Of a stretch of 12,907 nucleotides of DNA, positions 1 to 6,799 are shown piece by piece (positions within the stretch are counted from its first letter, which is position 1; each line of letters starts with the position of its first letter). The stretch comes from a virus. Its lineage: Duplodnaviria > Heunggongvirae > Uroviricota > Caudoviricetes. The stretch covers positions 1 to 12,907 of IMG/VR virus record IMGVR_UViG_3300021400_000055. The stretch is one strand, 5' to 3'. The notes below the pieces were generated by a model, which had not been told where the DNA came from, did no database searches, and saw only the letters and a list, made by a program, of their open reading frames with translations. Both the position numbers and the translations under genes were made by a program.

Positions 1-45
1 TTTTTCTGCTAGTATATTTTTGATTTTTGTATTTAATGCATCCAT
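1..45 (-). CDS. 5' end of a gene running off the left edge (MDALNTKIKNILAEK...), probably another structural/fibre-type protein
   Basis: GGAGG RBS at 52-56 (minus), overlapping the TAG stop of the upstream gene; ATG at 45; open to the window edge. Only 15 codons visible. Not in the ORF track. Confidence 0.65.
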   Translation of the reverse strand, partial: MDALNTKIKNILAEK

Positions 46-55
46 AATCTACCTC

Positions 56-991
56 CTAATATCCAGTAGTCCATCCAGCATCTAAAAATGCTTGATAATT
101 TGATAAAGTAGTACAGATTTCTGCTTGAGTTTGAGACAATGAAAGAGTTTTCAATGTTTTGTCATTTGTCATTTTTACTGCGTTAGTACACATAGCTAAT
201 ATATTATTTAAACTTTCATTTGATAATAATTTACAGCCATCAAACATATAAGTCATAGTAGTAACACTTGATGTATCTAGCACAGGCACGGTCACCAAAG
301 CTGAGCATCCATAAAACATTCCTTGCATATTTACTGTAGTACTTGTATCTAATAATGGTATTGTTGTTAATGAACCACAATACCCAAATACATATGCCAT
401 ATCCGTTACTTTACTGGTGTTGAATTGAGGTATAGAGGATAACAATTTACAACTTGAAAACATATTACTCATACGCGTAACATTGCTTGTGTCTAATAAT
501 GGTATAAAAAATAAGGATGCACAACCGTAAAACATACTCTGCATATTGGTAACATTACTTGTATTTAATAATGGCATTAATATAAGATCAGAATATTGAA
601 ACATACTACTCATATTAGTCACGTTGCTTGTATCAACTAACGGCATATATTTTAAGTTTTCGTCCTGGTAAAACTTGTTGTGTAAATTTGTCACACTACT
701 ATCCCAATTGTTTCGTATTTCTTTGGCATAATTAAATCCTTCTATTATATCTTGTGGTGTGTCTTCATATCCTATTTCACTCCAATCTGGCGGATAAATA
801 TTTACTATATCTGAGCCTTCTAATATTTCTGTTACATCTTCCATAGCTTCATTATATTCTTCATCTGTTAAATTACCAGTCGTGATGTCAGATATTTCAG
901 TCGGAAAATTTTCAGCTATTATTTTTCCACTAGTCCCTTTTTTATTTCTTATCGCATCTGCTATATTTGTGAACAATTGATTAAGTGTCAT
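56..991 (-). CDS. DUF285/BspA-like repeat protein; putative receptor-binding or adhesin structural protein (311 aa)
   Basis: Six tandem 23-24 aa repeats of consensus P(L/V)LDTSNVTxMxxMFxGCxxL. N-terminal 'TNIADAIRNKKGT..I..ENFP.EI' motif resembles N-termini of gut-phage fibre proteins. ATG overlaps the upstream TAA (TAATG). Confidence 0.85.
   Translation of the reverse strand: MTLNQLFTNIADAIRNKKGTSGKIIAENFPTEISDITTGNLTDEEYNEAMEDVTEILEGSDIVNIYPPDWSEIGYEDTPQDIIEGFNYAKEIRNNWDSSVTNLHNKFYQDENLKYMPLVDTSNVTNMSSMFQYSDLILMPLLNTSNVTNMQSMFYGCASLFFIPLLDTSNVTRMSNMFSSCKLLSSIPQFNTSKVTDMAYVFGYCGSLTTIPLLDTSTTVNMQGMFYGCSALVTVPVLDTSSVTTMTYMFDGCKLLSNESLNNILAMCTNAVKMTNDKTLKTLSLSQTQAEICTTLSNYQAFLDAGWTTGY
224..643 (-). 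repeat. Coding tandem repeat, about 6 x 72 bp (DUF285-type units)
   Basis: Repeat-initial Pro at aa 117, 140, 164, 188, 212, 236; degenerate nucleotide copies such as cttgtgtctaataatggtat and cttgtatctaataatggtat on the plus strand. Confidence 0.85.
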
Positions 992-1815
992 TAATATTCA
1001 CCCCCCATTGCATCTGTAATCGCACTCGCAATACTATCGTCTACATATTTTTTAGTCGCAGGTGAACCAGGATACAATGGTTCATAAGGTGTAGAATAAT
1101 CTACATCCGTAGCCAAAAAAGGTATCTTCAATGCCCTTGCGCCAGGTGCTGATATCTGTGTGATAATATCGTTTTCAATTGTAAATTGTATATAAGCGCT
1201 ATATATATTATACTCAGAATTATTTTTTGCAAATGCATCCATACGGTCATATACAATATAATTATAATAGTCTGTCTGTTTATTTGTTCTAATACTATTT
1301 TTCGGTACTTTTATCAACCCAAGATGGTTTATATTAGACATAGATCTTCCTATAACAATAACTAATACATCTGTTGTATTATTTATTTGCATAACATTAT
1401 TCCAAAAATCTAACCCTGTTTGATCTGTTTTACCATCCCAATAATACACTTGTTGACCTACTCCCATATCTATAGCACCAACTGGATCCCATTTACCATC
1501 TATGTAATGATATTCGTTAAATCCGCCTTCACCATCTGGTACTAAATAAATTTTATTAGGTTCTCCCTCTTCTGGCAACTCATCAACTATTACAAATAAA
1601 TCCTTACCAGCAGAACCACCAATTATTTCACTTAAAGTAGAATATGTTCCATCTGGATTTAAAACTTTATTAGGTAACGCAGGTATTTTCTTATATGCCT
1701 CATCAGTTGGAACAACTGAATTGCCAAGTAAATCTGTCACACTCCCATCTTCATTGAGTATTTTATTTGGTAGTGCACGTTTGTTTTTATACACATCTTC
1801 ATTTATTTTTGACAT
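991..1815 (-). CDS. Putative tail/fibre-associated structural protein (274 aa)
   Basis: Duplicated N-terminal unit (ALPNKILNEDGS / ALPNKVLNPDGT), a 'VDELPEEGEPNKIYLV...EYHYIDGKW' module and a C-terminal 'PATKKYVD' motif, both recurrent in phage fibre proteins. GGAGG RBS upstream. Confidence 0.6.
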   Translation of the reverse strand: MSKINEDVYKNKRALPNKILNEDGSVTDLLGNSVVPTDEAYKKIPALPNKVLNPDGTYSTLSEIIGGSAGKDLFVIVDELPEEGEPNKIYLVPDGEGGFNEYHYIDGKWDPVGAIDMGVGQQVYYWDGKTDQTGLDFWNNVMQINNTTDVLVIVIGRSMSNINHLGLIKVPKNSIRTNKQTDYYNYIVYDRMDAFAKNNSEYNIYSAYIQFTIENDIITQISAPGARALKIPFLATDVDYSTPYEPLYPGSPATKKYVDDSIASAITDAMGGEY

Positions 1816-1829
1816 GTTTATACCTCCTT

Positions 1830-2195
1830 TTACATATTATTTTTTAATGTATTTATTTCTTCTTGCAAAGAAAGATTTTCTTCTTGTAATTTTTTATTTT
1901 CTTCTTGTAATGTATCTATGGTCATTTTCAGCTTATGTGTCTCTTTTTCTAAATTTAACTTATCTGATTTTAACTTGTAATTTTCTTGCTCTAAATTTGC
2001 TACACGTTCTTCTAATTTAGCCATTCTTTCGTTCATTCTTTGATCAATTTCTAATAAACTTTTTATATTAGTATTATTTGCTTCGGCGTTTAATTTTTTC
2101 TTTTCAGTAAGTGCTTTTATAACAACACCCACAACACCACCACCAAATAAGGCCACTATTACGGTTATTAGATTTGTTATATCCACACCCGGCAT
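1830..2195 (-). CDS. Single-TM plus long coiled-coil protein (121 aa); possible holin-accessory/membrane protein
   Basis: Start moved from 2237 to MPGVD at 2195 (GAGGAGG RBS 7 nt upstream). Hydrophobic ITNLITVIVALFGGGVVGVVI followed by heptad-rich LEERVANLEQENYKLKSDKLNLEKE. Confidence 0.7.
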   Translation of the reverse strand: MPGVDITNLITVIVALFGGGVVGVVIKALTEKKKLNAEANNTNIKSLLEIDQRMNERMAKLEERVANLEQENYKLKSDKLNLEKETHKLKMTIDTLQEENKKLQEENLSLQEEINTLKNNM

Positions 2196-2196
2196 T

Positions 2197-2619
2197 CTAG
2201 TTACCTCCTCTTTTTTCTTTGACGTATTTATCAGCAAGATCTTCTAATTCCTCAATACTGTTGATTCTATACGTTAGTACAGTTTCTACTGTAAGCAAAT
2301 TCATTAAGTGGCTACCTAATTCTATCATATTAAAACCATGCATTACACACACAACAAGATGAAAAATTATAAACAGTCCGATAGTATAGCGTAATATTTT
2401 TGCGTTCACTTTCCATTCAATGAACAATTGAGCTCGATTACAATGCAAACTATTCGATAACAGCATTAAATTTATGACAGACAAAACTACTGACACCACT
2501 GCTTCGCAATGAATACATTTTGTTAATGTAATAAGCACCGCATCCATTAATTGTAGTAATATGATTATCATCATTGCTATATCAAACCATCTTGCATATT
2601 TTTGTATCAGTCTTTCCAT
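2197..2619 (-). CDS. Multi-pass membrane protein (140 aa, about 3-4 TM helices), function unknown
   Basis: Start moved from 2682 to MERLIQ at 2619 (AGGAGG RBS; removes overlap with the connector gene). Several hydrophobic stretches of about 20 aa and a charged C-terminal tail. Confidence 0.7.
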   Translation of the reverse strand: MERLIQKYARWFDIAMMIIILLQLMDAVLITLTKCIHCEAVVSVVLSVINLMLLSNSLHCNRAQLFIEWKVNAKILRYTIGLFIIFHLVVCVMHGFNMIELGSHLMNLLTVETVLTYRINSIEELEDLADKYVKEKRGGN

Positions 2620-2630
2620 AATGATCCCTC

Positions 2631-3038
2631 CTAAATCACGTATCTTCTGTTTGTAATTTGTTGATGCATTAGCTTCACCCAATCATTATATACATTTTGT
2701 TGACCAAGTTCTGATTGGGAATTCAAACCTTCAGCTCCTCGGTTTAAATACGCAACACAAGAACATTTTACAATAACAGGCCAACAATCATTCATAACTT
2801 CTACTAATTGCGCCTCTGTAAATCTATTTGTCCATTCAGCTGCTTCACGAATAACCATAGTACAAATATCCTGTATATCTGTTGTTGCAGGTTTTTCCTC
2901 ACCTTCATTTGTTGTAGTAACATTATCTGATTCTTCATCAGTTGTTTTCACTGTTTCTGGTTCACGATAATTTTTACCCAACATCTTTTTAGTTTTTTCC
3001 ACTATCATATCAAATGTCATATCAGGTATAGTTGCCAT
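2631..3038 (-). CDS. Phage head-tail connector (HK97 gp6/SPP1 gp15-like), 135 aa
   Basis: C-terminal 'AYLNRGAEGLNSQSELGQQNVY' matches the YNRxGxEGxxSxSE motif of this family. AAAGGAGG RBS. Confidence 0.8.
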   Translation of the reverse strand: MATIPDMTFDMIVEKTKKMLGKNYREPETVKTTDEESDNVTTTNEGEEKPATTDIQDICTMVIREAAEWTNRFTEAQLVEVMNDCWPVIVKCSCVAYLNRGAEGLNSQSELGQQNVYNDWVKLMHQQITNRRYVI

Positions 3039-3064
3039 TTTGTCAGCCTCCTTTTTTATTATTT

Positions 3065-3101
3065 AAAAAGACAGACCAGTCGGAAATCAACCAGTCTGTC
3101 T
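3065..3101 (-). terminator. Intrinsic terminator-like hairpin directly before the connector RBS
   Basis: Minus strand AGACAGAC-TGGTTG-atttc-CGACTG-GTCTGTCT then TTTT: 8-bp Watson-Crick stem extended by 6 pairs including G.U, then a short U-tract. Confidence 0.65.
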
Positions 3102-3134
3102 AATCATATAGATATATGATTTCTACCTATGAAC

Positions 3135-3174
3135 AGTATAATATATTTCTTGTCTCATATCAAGTGGAGTACAA
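3135..3174 (-). promoter_or_regulatory. sigmaA-type promoter with upstream TTGTACTCCAC box
   Basis: Minus strand TTGATA (3163-3158), 17-nt spacer, TATACT (3140-3135). The 14-mer ttgtactccacttg, which includes the TTG of the -35, is identical to that at the portal promoter. Confidence 0.7.
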
Positions 3175-3241
3175 ATAATTTTTCACATATTCTCTGTTTT
3201 CTTAGAGCCAGAAGCGATTACTCCACTACCACCAAGAAATA

Positions 3242-3400
3242 TTATCTACTATCCTTTTCTTGTCTATGTTTATAATCACGTCTAATTAAATCTTCTATTG
3301 CAGAGTATTCTGCTTGTAATTTATTAATTTGTTCCAATATTTCTGCTCTACGGTCTAGTAAAACCCTTACACTTTTATCTTTTACCAACTCATTTCCCAT
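3242..3400 (-). CDS. Small coiled-coil hypothetical protein (52 aa, MGNELVKDKSVRVLLDRRAEILEQINKLQAEYSAIEDLIRRDYKHRQEKDSR)
   Basis: Read by hand (not in ORF track). AAGGAG RBS; ATG overlaps the end of the upstream gene; TAA at 3244-3242; heptad pattern. Confidence 0.7.
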   Translation of the reverse strand: MGNELVKDKSVRVLLDRRAEILEQINKLQAEYSAIEDLIRRDYKHRQEKDSR

Positions 3401-3929
3401 TTTTCTGCTCCTTTTTTAATAATTTTACACTACAATTAAACAATTCGTTATATATTTGATCATTTTCTTGAGCAATTTCTTCTGAATATTCACTCAAATC
3501 TATAATTTTTTCATTTTTTAATTCTTGAACTATCATATGTCTAGTTTCATGTATAACTGTATCATATATCATACTCATATGGTATAAGTTCACAGAGATA
3601 TCTATATAGTACGTGTTATTCCATTCATGAAATGTACCCAGTAAAACGGTTTCAGGACTAGAATTAGGTGATTTAAAGTGATTTTCATGTCGATACTTCA
3701 CAAATCTATAACGTATAGGCTTATTTATAGTTATCCCCAAACTTTTTATGTATTGTTCTGATATATTTTTAATAGAAGTACTATCCGTATCTTGTATTGT
3801 CATATATAGTTTTGTCGTTGGGTCTATCATATAAGTTATAATATGTGAAAAAATGAGCATTATAAAAAGTATAATTGTAATCCAATACATAACACGTCCT
3901 CCTAAAAACCATTGCCACTTTATTTTCAT
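3390..3929 (-). CDS. Membrane-anchored putative zinc metallopeptidase (HExxH)
   Basis: HETRH motif with a downstream EEIA acidic segment; N-terminal hydrophobic helix YWITIILFIMLIFSHIITYMI. Start moved to 3929 (GGAGG RBS); a second in-frame RBS and ATG lies at 3890. Confidence 0.65.
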   Translation of the reverse strand: MKIKWQWFLGGRVMYWITIILFIMLIFSHIITYMIDPTTKLYMTIQDTDSTSIKNISEQYIKSLGITINKPIRYRFVKYRHENHFKSPNSSPETVLLGTFHEWNNTYYIDISVNLYHMSMIYDTVIHETRHMIVQELKNEKIIDLSEYSEEIAQENDQIYNELFNCSVKLLKKEQKNGK

Positions 3930-3955
3930 ATTTACCTCCAATGGTCTGACTATAT

Positions 3956-3984
3956 AAAAAATAAAGGCGGGGTAACCGCCTTTT
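3956..3984 (-). terminator. Rho-independent terminator after the endolysin
   Basis: AAAGGCGG-ggtaa-CCGCCTTT inverted repeat (3963-3983); on the minus strand followed by TTTATTTTTT, just after the lysin stop. Confidence 0.85.
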
Positions 3985-3987
3985 AGA

Positions 3988-5112
3988 CTATACTTTTTGA
4001 CAGTCCCTTATATTAACAGCAGCCGTTACAGCTGTGCCTTTACCTATAACAACTCGGTCTCCCGAAATTTCAATAACGTTGAAAATTCCATTATGTACCC
4101 AACTTGCTAAATGAATTCCTGAATATGATTTTGTACCAGTAAATTTAATTCTAGTTCCTTTTGAAATAACTGGTTGCTTTGGAGATAACATATCGTTTAC
4201 TTTAGTCCTAACTTCATCATATCTAATGTCTAATAAAATTTTGCGAGTTTCTCCATCACCATATTTACCATCGATAACTTCTTGAGCCAAAGTATCAACA
4301 GAAGCGGTAAATATATGATTTATAAATTTTTGTACTTCTGTATATCTTTCACCTAAATTATTTACTCTATCTTGTCCATCACCAAATTCGTGTTTCATTG
4401 TACGAACTGCTAATTCTAGTACACTACCTTCTGGAGCAGTAGGTATTGGTTCTGGAGTAGGAGTTGGTTGAGAATCTTTTTCACTAGGATTTATAAAGTC
4501 GTGATAAGCATAATTTGTATCTAATTTACCACTATGTCCTGAAAAACGTCCTTCTGAAGTAAATTGCCACATGCTTATACCTGATTTTTCATCTGGATTC
4601 ACATCTAAACCTCTTTGTTTTCCTCCTCTGGTTGGCCATTGAGCTACCCATTTGTCAAATCTTTTTAATTTTTCTCCTGATAATTGATTATTGAACCAAG
4701 AAGCTGATGCATACATACCAGAATAATAACCAGCTTCTTCAACTTTTTTGCAAAATTCATAACACATATCTTGCAAAACAGAGTCAAAAGGCATACCATT
4801 TTTCTTTTTGTACCCATCTGCGTCTTCCATATCAAACCAACAGCCATAAGTAGGATGATATGGCGCAATTGCAGAAAGAAAATAGTTAGCCTCAGTCACA
4901 GCTCCATCCGCATTTAGTGCGTATGAATACCAATAAAAGCCATAAGGAATTCCTAATTCTTCACATAAATCAGCATTTCTCTTAAATTTATTATCAAGAG
5001 TACCCTTAGTGCCATATCCAACACGGATTATTACGAAATCAATTTGGTTTTTCAAAGCACCAAGATCAATATTACCATTGTGTGAGGATATATCTATACC
5101 ACGTTTAGCCAT
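3988..5112 (-). CDS. Endolysin: GH25 muramidase, P/T linker, two Cpl-7-like repeats, C-terminal SH3-like cell-wall-binding domain (374 aa)
   Basis: GIDISSHNG N-terminus, 'DMED' acidic catalytic motif, WQFTSEG...LDTN end of GH25; PTPTPEPIPT linker; two 'SVxxLAxxxxxxxFGDGxxRxxxL..RYxEV' repeats; adjacent to the holin. Confidence 0.93.
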   Translation of the reverse strand: MAKRGIDISSHNGNIDLGALKNQIDFVIIRVGYGTKGTLDNKFKRNADLCEELGIPYGFYWYSYALNADGAVTEANYFLSAIAPYHPTYGCWFDMEDADGYKKKNGMPFDSVLQDMCYEFCKKVEEAGYYSGMYASASWFNNQLSGEKLKRFDKWVAQWPTRGGKQRGLDVNPDEKSGISMWQFTSEGRFSGHSGKLDTNYAYHDFINPSEKDSQPTPTPEPIPTAPEGSVLELAVRTMKHEFGDGQDRVNNLGERYTEVQKFINHIFTASVDTLAQEVIDGKYGDGETRKILLDIRYDEVRTKVNDMLSPKQPVISKGTRIKFTGTKSYSGIHLASWVHNGIFNVIEISGDRVVIGKGTAVTAAVNIRDCQKV

Positions 5113-5432
5113 TATTTACCCTCCTTCCCGTCAATTGCATTACTTATCCTAGTTTTTAAATCTTTACCAGTCGAATGTCCAATTTCATATATACCGATAG
5201 AAGCAGCCAATAATACAAATATATTAAGAACACCCGATACTATACCACTGAAATCATATTGACCTATATAAAATATACGTAATACACCAATTATAATAGA
5301 AAATACGAGTGCTAACCACTTAGTGTCTATTTTTTCAGGTAAATATTTTTTGAATACTTGTGTTAATAATGTAATAATAAGTGAACAACCTGCCATTGTC
5401 CCTAATATTTCTATGCTGATAAATTCATTCAT
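5112..5432 (-). CDS. Holin, 3 predicted TM helices (106 aa)
   Basis: Three hydrophobic segments and a charged C-terminus; stop overlaps the endolysin ATG (TAATG); GGAGG RBS. Confidence 0.85.
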   Translation of the reverse strand: MNEFISIEILGTMAGCSLIITLLTQVFKKYLPEKIDTKWLALVFSIIIGVLRIFYIGQYDFSGIVSGVLNIFVLLAASIGIYEIGHSTGKDLKTRISNAIDGKEGK

Positions 5433-5456
5433 AAGTTTACCTCCTTTTTTAGATTT

Positions 5457-5891
5457 TTAAAATTGTCTTCTGTTTAATGGGTCGTGCGCACGCTCTTCAG
5501 GAGCCAAAATAAGACCCTCTGGAAGACGTAATGATAAATTTAACCTTCTTAAAGTGTAAACGCCTGAAATTTGATCGTAGGCTTCTACAGTGTATGCATA
5601 TTTTTTATATTGTGGAAATAATTTAAAGCCATTTAAATCTGCTTCGGCTTTTTTTGCCACAAACACTATATCACCAGTGTTAAATTTTTGTTTAGTTTTT
5701 TGTTTTTTAGTTACAGTTTTTTCTTCTATTTCTTTCATTTCTTCCACTTCAGCTGGTGTTGGCACTATATTAGTTGAAATTTCTATTTCTGGATCAGGAC
5801 CTAAGTCTGGTCCAACAGGTTGCTCTACTGCTTCATTAACTGCAACTGCTTGTGTCTCTGTTTTTTTAGTACTTTTTCTTCTACTTGCCAT
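5457..5891 (-). CDS. Hypothetical protein (144 aa): basic N-terminus, acidic/Pro-rich linker, C-terminal SH3-like domain
   Basis: Start moved from 5915 to MASRRK at 5891 (GAAAGGAG RBS). 'KFNTGDIVFV...YAYTVEAYD' has a KOW/SH3-like beta-strand pattern. Confidence 0.65.
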   Translation of the reverse strand: MASRRKSTKKTETQAVAVNEAVEQPVGPDLGPDPEIEISTNIVPTPAEVEEMKEIEEKTVTKKQKTKQKFNTGDIVFVAKKAEADLNGFKLFPQYKKYAYTVEAYDQISGVYTLRRLNLSLRLPEGLILAPEERAHDPLNRRQF

Positions 5892-6048
5892 TACTATTTC
5901 TCCTTTCAAATACATTTTTTCTTTTTTGTCTACAAAAGCGACATCTTTTTGGTGGAATCAAATTTTTTTCTTCATAAAAGCGTTGTTCATTAGCTGTAAA
6001 TGTGAAGCTCTCACCGCAATCTTGACATTTAATTTTTATATCTTCCAT
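5881..6048 (-). CDS. Zinc-ribbon protein, zf-trcl-like (55 aa, MEDIKIKCQDCGESFTFTANEQRFYEEKNLIPPKRCRFCRQKRKNVFERRNSNGK)
   Basis: Read by hand (not in ORF track). CxxC-GxxFxFTxxEQxFYxEK-PKRCxxCR is the signature of the Firmicute zf-trcl domain. AAGAGGT RBS. Confidence 0.85.
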   Translation of the reverse strand: MEDIKIKCQDCGESFTFTANEQRFYEEKNLIPPKRCRFCRQKRKNVFERRNSNGK

Positions 6049-6064
6049 TTATTTTTACCTCTTT

Positions 6065-6733
6065 TTATTTTTTACTTGTGAAGTTAAAGTTAAACTCTGG
6101 TTCAGCTGATTTTTTCTTTTTGTCTCCTAATAATACGTCTGGATGGTCTTTTAAAAGTGTTTGTACTCTAGCATTTGTAGCCTCTAAGAAGATTTGATTT
6201 CTCTTGTCTACGTAGTCTTCAATCTCTTCGTCTGTCGATACGTCTTCTGCTCTTAGAAGTGACAAAAGTCTTGGGTCATAACCTTTTTCTGCAACCAAAG
6301 CACTGATTTTATCACGTCTTCTGATTAGAGATAGCTCTTTTTCGTACTCAGCAATCTTCAATTCTTGGTTGTCTATTTGTTTTTTATATCTTTCTTCCAT
6401 TGACATTTTGGCCATTTCTTCGGCTTCTTTCTTTTTTTGTTCTATTTCTTCTAAGATGTTAGCTCTCATTTTTTCTTTTTCTGTTGAAATAGTGGCTTGT
6501 AGAGCGCTTTCTCTTTTAGAGTACTCTTGTTCTTTTTTAGTCAAGGCTGTATTTATCGCTTTTTCTAATTTTTTGTCAAATTCAGCTTGTAGTTTAGGGT
6601 CTTGTAGTAGTACGTCTAAGTTTTGTGTGTCTGATTGTGTAGGTTTTGATATTTGATTTGTGATTTGTCCTTGGTTTTGATCTGCATTGTTTGTCACATC
6701 TGTGACTGTGTTTGTTTGATTGTTTTCATCCAT
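6065..6733 (-). CDS. Capsid scaffolding protein (DUF4355-like)
   Basis: N/Q/T-rich N-terminus, coiled coil 'QAEFDKKLEKAI...EEMAKMSMEERYKKQ', position directly after the portal. Start probably 6733, because the GGAGG RBS abuts the ATG at 6742. Confidence 0.8.
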   Translation of the reverse strand: MDENNQTNTVTDVTNNADQNQGQITNQISKPTQSDTQNLDVLLQDPKLQAEFDKKLEKAINTALTKKEQEYSKRESALQATISTEKEKMRANILEEIEQKKKEAEEMAKMSMEERYKKQIDNQELKIAEYEKELSLIRRRDKISALVAEKGYDPRLLSLLRAEDVSTDEEIEDYVDKRNQIFLEATNARVQTLLKDHPDVLLGDKKKKSAEPEFNFNFTSKK

Positions 6734-6776
6734 GTAGTTCATCCTCCTATTAATATTAAATTTTTAATTTATATCA

Positions 6777-6793
6777 GGGGACTGGGGGTCCCC
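6777..6793 (-). other. GC-rich hairpin between portal and scaffold genes
   Basis: GGGGAC-N5-GTCCCC in an AT-rich spacer with no U-tract; more likely a processing/stability element than a terminator. Confidence 0.45.
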
Positions 6794-6799
6794 ATAATA

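Noticed and set aside
56-991. DGR target with template repeat in this window
   Set aside because: No second near-identical copy of any segment and no reverse transcriptase seen; internal repeats differ at all base types. Remains possible elsewhere on the contig.
3948-3992. 7-bp direct repeat gactata flanking the lysin terminator, as a target-site duplication
   Set aside because: Short and AT-rich, encloses only about 30 bp, and no transposase is present; compatible with chance.
1721-6656. Plus-strand ORFs 1721-2020, 5590-6081, 6369-6656
   Set aside because: Phe/Leu/Ser-rich antisense shadows of A-rich minus-strand genes; no RBS. Their hydrophobicity is a compositional artefact.
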